Assembly (NCBI GenBank): GCA_015680685.1
Contig: MNCI01000690.1
Location: 62,001 to 126,000, forward strand
Source: Gnetum montanum
Lineage: Eukaryota > Plantae > Gnetophyta
Direction of reading: 5' to 3'
Length of the DNA: 64,000 nt
Shown piece after piece: positions 1-10,914 of this stretch (position 1 is the stretch's first letter; every line of letters starts with the position of its first letter). Below the pieces are notes generated by a model. The model searched no databases and was not told where the DNA came from. It saw nothing but the letters and a program-made list of their open reading frames with translations. A program made the translations under genes and the position numbers.

Positions 1-51
1 ACGTGCAAAGAACCTCAAGTTCCACATTTCCTGTTTCTAGTTTTTGCTTTG

Positions 52-2480
52 TTACTTTAACACCTGGAACTCTCCCTCGTATAGAGAATACGAGGTGGCC
101 ATTTGCTTTTCCAACTCTGACCGCGGTCTCCTAGCTGTGAGCATGGCCAGGTTTGCATAGCCAAGGTTGGCAAGCTCCACATATTCTGTCATCTCCTCAA
201 TATGCAACTCCTTAAGGTAGATTTCAACTTGATTGTAGTCATTCAACCCATCAAAGATAGGTTGTCATATGTTGCCTCCTTCTCGGAGCTGTTGGAGCGC
301 TTGGTTCATTTTGGCCTTTGTGACCTGAATCTGCTTTTTGTTTACTTCCTTTTGTAATCCCACTTGGTCCCTGTAATGATTTTTGATGTTTTCAAATTTT
401 AGGGCCTCATTCTTCCAAGTGGCAATTTCAATTGCAAATTTCTGTCGCAATGCCCAAACCTCCTCCATTGACATATTTCAGTTCTTAGCAGCCAACCTTC
501 TTACATCAGCATTCACCCTGGCTAGTTCTTCCTACTATTGGTGGATAAAATATTTCATGTGTTCATTTTCTACACCAACATTACCAGGCAATAAACCTCC
601 ATGGTCAATTAGACATTCTCCTGGCAAACCTCCGTCAAGTCCTTGTTTAGAGTATATGCTCAAATGTCTGCCAAGGACTTATCGAAGATCGCTGACTCTC
701 ACTCATCCTCAACTATTTGAAGTTTAGTTTGAAGCTATTGAAAAGCTTCATCTCTTATGATTTCATGGTTGAGGATGGCTGGATCAGCAAGTTGGGCTCT
801 TAATTGGGCTACTTCCATTGCCAAGTGTTGACAAGCGGCTTGAGCAGCTTCAAGTTGCCCTTCCAAAATGAGGCTCTTGCCCCTTGCCGAGAGCAGCTCT
901 GACTAGGTTGCAGTAATGTTGTCTGGAAGGTTGAAGACATCCAGAAGCGATTGCCCAGTCCCCACCAGTCAGTCCAACAACTCCTCATGTTGGGCTGCAT
1001 CAATCTTGCTACGTGAAGTTTCAGCAAATGCATGTACATCTTGTAGTCCATGAATGTCCGGTACAGGTGCTGTCGGTGCATTGAGAGTCGTAGCAATTGT
1101 ATCAGCAACCATGTCATCCGTAGTCTCATGTCCTTGTTGCTACATCACCAAGACTGTTGCCCCCTGATCATCTTCCAAGCATACCAAAAAGGTAGCAGCA
1201 TTCCCAGAGATTTCAAGAAATAGCTATCGAGTTGATACTATTACCTCTTGAACACTAGGATCTATCCTTGGTGGTACTTGCTTTCGGGCTATGGAGAACA
1301 TCTGCCCTACTCTTTCAAGTAAGCTAACTAATCAAGCCACTTGCTCCAAGTGGCTCATTACAGGGCGATAGACTGAAGGGTCTTCTCCTCCACCAGTCTT
1401 GCCAGATTGCTCTTGCTAGCTCAAGAGCGTTTATCAGATTTCATGGATGTGCTCTACTATGGTTTGTGAACCTAGCCTTATTGCTTGTGCAGGTGGTGGA
1501 GGTGGTTGCTACTCCTCCTCTATCTGTGTGATGGCAGGAGTTTTATCCTTTATCATTTCCTACCAAGAGGCAATTGGGGCATGCTGGATTACATTATTGG
1601 AGTACCATGCTATCCCTGCCCATTTGCACAACTTTCGAATTAGGTAGGGAAAGGGGAGAGCTCATCTTCCATGTTTGCTTTCAGCGAACCTCTTTTCAAT
1701 CTCCAAGAATAACAGTTATGGAAGACTCATTGGGAATTTCCCACGCAAGGCGTCACACGCACAAGCAAAGAAGGCTATGATTTTGCTGGGTCTTACCGTT
1801 GGGTTCAAGTGGTAAGATGCAATCTTTGAGTACACCCTCTCCATTGTGGTTAAAGAGCTGAATTCCTTACACTCTACCCCATAGCACCGTTTGGTCCATT
1901 CTACCTTTACCTCCGAGTCGGCTTACTTTGGAATCTCCATCACATCTACTCTAGTCTCGAGCAACCCCAAAGCCTACACTATTACCTCTAAAGAGTAAGA
2001 GACATAAATGTATTTGATTCTTACTCTAGACCCTGGTTGCCTATTCGTCCAAAAGAGATAAGTCTCTCCTAAGTACCATTCACCACTGGTTGTGATGATT
2101 GGCCACATCGGAGAGTTTTGTAGTTGGAGCCTCACTTCTTCTGGCACGTTCTCAAGGAATGGTCCAAAGTTTAGCTCTTGGAGGACCATCCGTTGCACCT
2201 CGTGTGACATGATAGCATCAAGACAGGCTTGGGTTAGGGTGACCTCAAGCCATGGTGTTATCCCAAGAGTCTCATCCCCTTGCGATTGCTCGCTGGGAAT
2301 CTCCTCTTCAAAAATCTGATGGACAGATTCCACATCAGGTTCTTCGTGGAGGGGGCCAGTTGCATGAAAGCCCTCCGTGTGCTCTGGCTGTTGCATGCCT
2401 CGTCCCCTTCTCATGCATGGGCACTTGTCCCTTGGTTGTGATGGTGCTTTGCCCCTTGGATGCCTCAGTTTGGGTGCCAT
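52..2480 (-). pseudogene. Degenerate Athila env-position ORF: Transposase_32 (putative plant transposon protein)-like domain, low-complexity linker, long coiled coil (~800 codons)
   Basis: ATG at 2480 (MAPK...). Reading through deamination stops gives YLFWTN..VRIKYIYVSYSLEVIV*ALGL and LPFPYLIRKLCKWAGI (L.FP.LI..LC..AG motif). The C-terminal part is E/K/Q/L-rich heptad sequence (ORFs 265-474, 52-246). Confidence 0.7.
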
Positions 2481-4525
2481 TTGCAATCAAACATAACCAT
2501 CCGTTAGATTGTGCATAAGTAGCTTAGAATGGTTCTTATACACCTTCTCAGTTTGACTAGGTTATATTGTTGGCACAGACAATCCATTAAGTCTCCCGGA
2601 GTGTTAATTCATGGGTTAAAACCAAAAATAACAAGGGATGAGTTGAAGTTTAAATGGTTGTTTTCGTTTCTTCCCTTAGAGGTGTGAAGTCTTAATTAAC
2701 TAACTAATTAATTAATTAATTAACTACACATAGGCCTCACTCCCCCACGACTGAGAGCATACCTTCAGTTGCTTAGGGCAAGGATCGGTTAATGTGGACG
2801 CACGATAGAACATAGGTGCGTAGGGAAGAGTTGGGTAGAAAAAATGGCAAAATCTCCCCCCAATTTGGATTCCAAATGATGAAAATATGAAGCACAATAG
2901 CTGTATATATAGGGGTTGGGCGTTGCGTCAATGGGGCTACATATACGCAGCCGCGTATACGTAGGGGGCTGCATATATGGAGCCCCTTATACGTAGGGGT
3001 CTACACTCGTTGACCAGCATTGACCAACCCGGAAAAAGCCCAAAATGATGAATTTGAAACGCCAAATTGGGATGGTTGAAGCATGTGAGAGGCCTGTTCA
3101 TGGCAGAGGATAGAAGGAAGGTAATCAAGGCTCGAAAAAGAGGCAAAAATAGGAGAACGTGACGTAAAAGAACTCTGTGAAAAAGAAATCGAGCGATGGG
3201 TAACATGGAAACAAACCACCAACAACCAAGAGGATGGGAAACTAACAAATGGCACCGAGAATACGCAAGTAGGTCCTCCCCAGAGCAGGCGGTAGCCTTC
3301 GTAGCCCTTGCATATCCCCAACATTGGGGTCCATGGGCCCTGGGGCTAAGCAATGGTGATCGTAAGTTAATACACCCATCCATGAGAACCTACCGCAGCA
3401 TGAGGAGTTCATAGGAATCACGACGACGATCAAAACATAAGACCAGTAGTGAGATGAGTCAAGGAGGGAAATGGATGGAGAGAGAGAGTAGTGAGAGTGG
3501 AATTCTAATTATCAGTCACATGAAACCCCATGTGAGGTTGTGGTTAAATGACCCGATAGGACCTTGCCCAAGGTTAGACCCAAAACCATCCACATCCAGT
3601 GACATCGCAGCAACAGGCGAAGACTCATCCACCCCCCAAGTGGATAGGAATGCACTCGTAGAGAACCACCACTTCAATAGACGTGAGAGGAAGGAAGTGA
3701 AATAGGACCAAGTTAGAGGTATGAAGGGAGTCCCATAACTAGTGCTTGTGGCCCGTGAGAGGCAATCTAAGGGGTGTGCTTTGAATTCCCATATGATTAA
3801 GGTTGTATTCTTGTGTTTTCTTTTAGTTTGTGGGAACCACACCATGCAAAGACCCATGCTTATGTGCATGCATTCGACAAAGGGGTGTGCTTTGAATCCT
3901 CATGTTTTTTTTCTTTTTCTTTTTTTCTTTTTTTTTGATGAGGACCACACCATGCAAGGTTGAACTGCCAAGGAGCTTCCTTATGAAGAAGGACTTGGAG
4001 CGGAAAGAACTTCCTAAGGGCACTTCCACCTCCCAAGGGATAGAAGAGGACGATGAATGTTGCAGCCCCCTTGAAGTCACACCCGATTCAAACCATTGGG
4101 TCATCCCTAAGTCCAAGAACTACACAAGTCACACATTAATTATAATGTTTTTAAGTGAAACGGGGTTGCATGTTTCCAAGAGTTGGAAAACCATGGAGTG
4201 GATGAGTGGGTGGATGACGTGGACTCACTGCCAATATTATGAGGTGAAATTAGACACAAAAACCAAGAACACCCATGCAAGGATAGGAGCGAGGTAAAAT
4301 AAGTGGTTATTTTTAGTGATCCATCGCAACGAAAACCATCCGCACCAAACCTAATAACAATAAGACTGTTTATTAGTGATTAACTGGGAATGAGACACAC
4401 GCATACTTACAAATAAACAACAACAAAGAAATGGAAAAATAATTAGCAAACCTATGAACGATGTTGAAAAACAAAAAGTGTAAAACAAAAAAATTACAAA
4501 CTAGTGAGGGGTGTAGTGGAATGGG

Positions 4526-7500
4526 TTAGCAGGGATGACGATCTCCCCCATGACTGGGTGGAAAGGAGGAGACTTGAAAAATGGAGCAAGGCTGTCCCGG
4601 TGATGACAATGTGGTATCCTTGGTTAGGTGGAGCCTACGGAAAGGTTTGAGTTCCAAGGGCTCTTTTTTGAAGCTTGCAGGGATTTGCAACTTTCCCCAG
4701 TTACCATGGTCATCAACAATGGGGGTCCATTGATGAACCTCTTCCATTTCATCCATGCATTCTACATAGGCTCGTACAAGCCCCTCATATGATTACACGC
4801 ACGTTATGCTGCTAGCAGGGTCAGCTATCAGCCATTGGGTGCCCGCTTGTTTTGTGGCTACTGCGTACAAGCACTGTTGAACTGATGATCCTTCAGTCCA
4901 CCAACTGCATGCTTGAATGGATGTCCACTTGGCGGACCATGATTGCTGCACACAATTGCACCCTGATTCATTGTATGCAATGCATGGAACACACTTCTTC
5001 TTGATCTTTCCAAAAGGATTTTCCTTTGAAATTTCAAGGGAAAGATCTCAGAGTCCTAGTCTTGCATCCATCGTGCTCAACTAGGCCCTTCCCATTATGA
5101 TTAAAAAGTCCCCCCCTACAATTCTCTACACAGATGACAAGGAAATCAGCAGAATAGGACCACCCGCAAACGGTGGTCACAATGTCCTCCACCACTCCCA
5201 AGGGAACAATGATGGATTGGTCTGCCAATTCGAGCCTGATGTTGCTCTTCTTTAACAGGGGCAAGTTCCAATTCTTGTACATGTCGTGTGAGATCAAATT
5301 GACTCCTGACCCCGAGTCTAGAAGAGCTTGACATGGCTCATTTCCTACCACTTGAAGATGGATGAGGGGACTTCCCAGATCAATCAATTTTCAGGGAAGG
5401 TGACCTACCTTTATCCAATCGATCACATCATGTGTGAGCATGATCGTTTGGACGTTGAAGTGTGGTGGGCTTGAAGGCTGCTCAAGCGGTGGAATAGTAG
5501 AGACGGTTTGAGGTTCAGAGGCACTAGCCACTGGTGGGTGCGAGGGTGTGCATACATGATTGGGTCGGAAGAAGGGACGTTTCCATGGCTTGGCTTTCGG
5601 TCCACTTAGCTAAGGAGCTGGTTGTATGTTGACAACCCTCGCAGCATTGTGTTGCTATGGCTGTGGCGGTATCTCTCCCTACATCGGTGGAGCAGGTGGT
5701 AGCTGAGTGGGATGTTGTGGGGGAGTGGTAGGAGAAGGTGATGGAGGATAGAAGAGATGTGGGTTTTCCCCCCTAGGTGATGGACGTTGAGGTCGAAAAT
5801 ATTCTGGGGGGTGGTAATAACTTTGAAAGGCCGCATGACTAGAAGAGTCCCGTGGAGAGACCGATTATTGAACGTAGTACCCATAGGGATCTGGCTGTTT
5901 GTAAGGGTACTGCTGCCTTGGAGGTGGCATCCCCCATGCTTGTGGGTGCTGCCACTGCTGGAAGTATTCATATGGTTGCGGTGGCATTCCACTTGAATAA
6001 TACCCTTTCTGCTGGTGGAACTGCCTTGGGTTGCCTTGTGGGTAAGGCAACCTTCAGGGTGTTTGCCACTACGCCAAGCGAGGATTCAACGTGTATACCC
6101 TAGACTCTTGAAGATGTGACACCATAGGGCAACATCCCTTAGGATGTTCATATTGGCATATGCCACATTCTTCATCCTCCTCAGTGCTAGAGTCTGCAAC
6201 CTGCTCTGCTACAACAACTTTGCCCTTACCCCTATATTGGGCACATTCAGCTTCCTTCTTCCTACGCCGATCGCTATCATTACCTTGTTCTCTGGACTCT
6301 TTTGCAATTTTTAGCACACTTTGGAATTTTTCATCTAAAGAGTCCCACATCTTATCAACCTTTGCCGATATTTCGGATGCAAACTTTTGTAAAGGCAAGG
6401 TCTTTCAATTCACTGCTGCTTCCAGTGGTGATTCCTCCTCCTCATCACAAAATCGGACCTCCCTCTTTGTGAGGGAAGGATCCCAATTGAATTCTTCTAT
6501 ACTCTCCTTCTTTCTAAGTTCTCCTTCCTCCCTGGCCACTTGTTCAATGAGGCACTGCAATTGATGGGTCCTTAGCTTCGACAGTCGTCCTTGGGCGTAC
6601 ACGGCAAGGATCTTTCACATTTCAAAACGGAGCCCATCAATGATGTGACGAAGCTATGCCCACTGAGAGTAGCCATGACCAGTGCACCGATGTAGTAGTG
6701 AATAGTATCTACTCATGGCTACATCCAAGGGTTCATGATTACCTTGCTTCCACCCTTGGATCTAACGTCTCAGGTTCGCCACTCTAGAGTACATTTGATA
6801 CTTGTCATTGAAAATCTCAAGCATCATACTCCATCTTCAGATTGATTCCAGCTCTAAGGACCAGTACCAATTTTCTGCTTCCTTGATGAGTGTACGAGGG
6901 AACAGCTTCAGCTTTTGCCAATCATTGTCAATGTTCTGCAAGGTGCAGGCATCATGGAATGCCTGCAGGTGAGTTTGCGGATCACAGTTGTATCCCCCTT
7001 CAAATCTGGGGATGTTGTTCATATCAATGCGCTTGATCTGGCTATCCTTCATGTGCCTACTAGGGATCTGAACTACCTCAACGATCTGAAGTATGCTCCG
7101 AGTAGCCAACAATGGCTCATCTGAGTCATAGTCCTACTGAGGACCATGATGTCTATGATAATTCTGGTGGCCCCTCCTTTCATGATGGTGAGGCTCGTGC
7201 AATTGGTCACACGTTTCCTCACGTTGTCCCTTTTGAACCTTTTTACCACCATTCTTTCACTCTTTTCTACCTCGGTTACAATCAAAGCCTGAGTTGGATG
7301 AAGGTATAGGAGAGCGAGAGGATGGAGAAGAAGGAGAGGACTCACCACCACTCTGGTGTCGATCTCCCCCTCTACCTTGATGACGGCCTCGATCAACCTG
7401 TCCATCTTTGTTGCATGACCCTTCATCCCCTTGAGGATCTCTGTCACTTAGAGGCTTGCTCTGGATGATGGACTGAAGAATCTGCTACACCAGGGGAAGT

Positions 7501-7930
7501 TCAGTTGAATGGGTATCATGAAATATGGGATCCCCATCGTCCTACAGCCCTTGCGAGAATAAGGGGTTGCTGAATTGTTTCTCCTCAAGTGCTCATATCT
7601 TTCTACCTGCTACTAGTCTCGTGCTCGTTGAGCCTCAGTGGGACAATAGTCTCGGTAGTCATGGTCCTCCATGACATACTCCACTCCATGGTCCTGTATG
7701 CCTAGTCTACCAAGATTGTGAAATAGCATCGCAGGAGCTGATCAGTCGAGTGGTAGTACGATGTTGCCCTCCATGTCCAACCATCGTAGATGCTCATCCT
7801 GATGTAGGACAAAAGTGAAGTCAGGGACATAATCATCAGGATGCTTGTACACCACTCAACATTCTTGTGGCACTGGCAGGTTGGATACCTCTCTCCTGTG
7901 AGAAGGCATGTTGGATGTTAGATGGTCCAT
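4526..7930 (-). pseudogene. Degenerate gag-protease polyprotein of element 1, fused to the integrase C-terminal tail
   Basis: ORF pieces 6837-7112 (gag core), 6069-6398 (zinc knuckle), 5034-5387 (aspartic protease LDSG), 4526-4756 (junction). Confidence 0.85.
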
Positions 7931-8056
7931 GTAATTGGTGTACCTTATTATTTACTTTAATGCGCCTAGCGTGCGTAAATGTTTCTATCCTGGGTCCGTT
8001 CCAATGACTTGAATGATAATTTCACTAAGGTTAGATGACGCATGTAAGACTAACAG

Positions 8057-8075
8057 TCCCTAGCAATGGCGCCAA
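8057..8075 (-). other. Primer binding site (tRNA-Asp)
   Basis: Minus strand TTGGCGCCATTGCTAGGGA directly after LTR end CATCA; matches the plant tRNA-Asp 3' complement TGGCGCCGTTGCCGGGGA with deamination-type changes. Confidence 0.85.
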
Positions 8076-8932
8076 TGATGAGCGGCTAGGTACCCCTATG
8101 CCCAACCATGCGAATCACAGGTGTTCACATGCGACTCGATCGAATTTTGTAGACTATAAGCACTTAACATACACTAGACTCTAACCAGTGAAACCTTGGG
8201 TTATAACGGTCATTGTCTTCTCAACCTCACTTGTGAGTATCTAATGGCAATGGTTAAGTGAGATTGAGGCAGCTAATTTTTATACTTTTTACTTCATCTT
8301 TTGGTGTCTAATTAAGGTATGAAAAGTAAGGAATGAAATATTGCCTAATCTATAATTATCCTAATCTGTACTCTAACTATTCCTAGCATAAGTATCCGAT
8401 CCCATCTTCTGGGCACGTTCTGAGCATCCCCTAAACACTACTGGGCTACTAGACGTTAAGCATCACTGGGTTACCAAGTGTTGGGTTTGCGTTTGAGATG
8501 GTTGTACTTATGGTTTCTATGAACTATGAATGAACAATAGCGATTAAACTAATAATAAGAGAAACTTAAGTAATTATCAAAGTATATAAATATTAAGCTA
8601 TTGAATGCAATAAATGACTAAGTCCAAATGCTGCAAGGAATGCTTGAAGAGTTCGTCTTTATTGTCGTCACGCCAGTGGGCTCAGATACACCAACGCTCG
8701 AATAAAGAGCCGGACACTTTTCTTACACCTATCGCAGGCACTTGGAAAATATTCTATCTCCTGCGGGAACAAACTGCAAGAGCTTCGCTACAACTGACTA
8801 AAGATGCCTAAATGAGGTAGAAGGCCCTCTTATTTATAGGCTCCGCGTAAACGGGGCCACGTCGACATGGCCACGTATATGCAGCCCCGTATACGCGGCA
8901 TAGTCGATGCATCGACTAATGACACTTCATCA
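8076..8932 (-). repeat. 5' LTR of element 1 (~857 bp)
   Basis: TGATG...CATCA termini; TATAAATA on minus at 8831-8838; shares blocks with the element 2 LTRs (ggtacccct, agttcgtctttattgtcgt, cctcttatttatag). The right boundary is inferred. Confidence 0.8.
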
Positions 8933-9049
8933 AAAGGTGACAAACCCCTTAGAAAATGTAAAATATTCAAAATCAAGCCCATAACATTGTCAATACAAAA
9001 CTCAAATATGATCCTATTTTCAATTCCACAATAAAGCACCTACGGGGGC

Positions 9050-9615
9050 TTTGGAACTTGAAACATTTTTTTAATAATAGTTACCTTCACGACATATAGT
9101 TCAATTAGAACTTTATAACTTAGTATTGCCTACCAAGATCGAATTGGGATTTTCCAAATTAAGAGTCTTACTGCTAAGCTAATATCTCATTGTTAATTTT
9201 ACTCTATACAAAATCTATGGAAGAAATAAATATCAAAATTAAAAACAACATTAAGAAAACAAAGCTATGGTTGTAAGATAAAAAATTTCTTACATTGAAA
9301 AAGATAAAGTTAGAAATATACTATATTAAGGAAATATTTATAAACTACTACACCAAAGTCAATCATAAAACTAACCCTATATTATACTTTATGAATGACA
9401 AGTAACTTTAAAAAGCAATGATTATTATATTATACTTAATAATGACGTATTAGCCTCGTAGTCAACTTTTAACTTGAAAGCTTCATGTCATGAGTTTGAT
9501 TTTGTGGGCAATAGGTAACTTTAAAAATCCTTGTCTATTATAAATAGAGTGTTTTAAAATTTTGATAACAATAAATTCTCGAATACAAGTATATGGATGT
9601 CAATTTCCAACTCCG
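9050..9615. mobile_element. Two divergent copies of a tRNA-headed SINE-like family (minus ~9050-9195, plus ~9439-9615)
   Basis: Match to the unit GAGGTGTTAGCCTAGTGGTAA..GGTTCAAT..GAGTTATAAAGTTCTAATTG..TTCCAACACC also seen at 18465, 47655, 48043 and 52802. Confidence 0.5.
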
Positions 9616-10270
9616 GTACAACCTACCATATTTAAAATTAAGCAAGTAATTCAAATCTAAATAACTTCATATTTGAAATTTTCAACCCCTTTATTAATCC
9701 AGATTAGCCAAATGGCAACAATTCGCCTCTTAAAATACTCTTGACGATGATATATGCATAAACAGACCTAAATATTCAAGCTTTGTTCAAGCATTCGTAT
9801 ATATTTAATTCTTCTTTGAAATCTGGCTTGAAAATCATATTGTGAGCATATCCCCGTCACCACATTGCCAGTGCATCGTTTCTGTGCATAGAGATACTGC
9901 TGGGAACATTTTTAATGCATTTTTTTTTCCCTAGAACAGATTCAAAACCAAGCTTTGCAAAATTGTAGTGTATGGTGAGTATTTAAGATTTCTCGTTTAA
10001 CATTGCAACAAGTAGGAGATTATGGGTGAACAAACACAGTCCTTTTTCGGGGGCAACTCCGAATTTCGAAACCCTATTACATGCTACATCCATGATAATA
10101 ACCAATACGCTACCCAACAGAGCAGAATTGAAGAGAATAGAGAAGAGCCCAGATTTGTGCTCACAAATGTTGTATATTGCATGTTGCTGCCAGGCATTTG
10201 CGATTGAAAGTTGAGTGACTACTGAATATTAATTATCATCATCTTGCAAATTGCAGTAAAGTAAGGAAGA

Positions 10271-10914
10271 ATGGATGGAGTGGTATCGATTCTAGGGCAA
10301 CAGGAGGGACCTGAGAGGAAGATCCTATTGCTGGTTGTAGCAGTGGGACTGTTATCAATCCTCAACGGATTTTGGGCTCTGTGCAGATGGACATGGGTCA
10401 CATTTTTAAGGCCACCAAAAGATCTCACAAAGTACGGATCATGGGCAATTGTGACAGGACCCACCGAGGGTATTGGCAGGGCCTTTGTCATGGAGCTGGC
10501 CTCCAAGAAACTCAATCTGGTTTTGGTGGGCAGAAACCCAGAAAAACTGGATGCCCTGGGATCTGAATTGCAGACCAAATTTTACATCCAAGTGAAGATT
10601 GTTATGGTGGATTTTGCAGGGGATCTGGGTCATGGCATGAGCAAAGTGGAGCAGGCCATTGCAGAGCTTGATGTGGGTCTCCTGGTCAACAATGTTGGCA
10701 TTTCTTACCCCTATGCAAGGTTCTTCCATGAAGTTGATAATGAGCTGCTGGCTAACCTTTTTAAGGTTAATGTGGAGGGCACTACTAGGATGGTTCAGAT
10801 TGTCATCCCTGGCATGTTGAGGAGGAGAAAGGGAGCAATCATTAATCTCGGATCCGGGGCTGCCACCGTCATTCCTTCTGATCCTCTTTATGCTGTATAT
10901 GCTGCTACCAAAGC
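10271..10914 (+). CDS. KCR1: KCR1 exon 1
   Basis: ATG to AAAGC|GTGAGT donor. Confidence 0.95.

Larger units (their letters stand above)
1..8932 (-). mobile_element. Athila-type Ty3/gypsy LTR retrotransposon (element 1), non-autonomous: gag-PR plus env-position ORF, RT-RH-INT deleted; 3' LTR lies left of the window
   Basis: 5' LTR 8076-8932; tRNA-Asp PBS; gag (IPRFEGG..DPQTHL..F, KLKLFPRTL..EAENWY); CGICQYEHPKGCCP knuckle; protease ALLDSGSGVNLI; no RT/RH/INT motifs; colinear with element 2. Confidence 0.9.

Noticed and set aside
809-1129. ORF MRLRMTWLLIQLL... as a possible envelope TM segment
   Set aside because: Off-frame relative to the coiled-coil reading of the accessory ORF, which is broken only by deamination stops.
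3560-3650. GRF zinc-finger-like reading GG*VFACCCDVTGCGWFWV on minus
   Set aside because: The homologous region of element 2 (39500-39640) does not keep the motif or a consistent frame; treated as conserved non-coding sequence.
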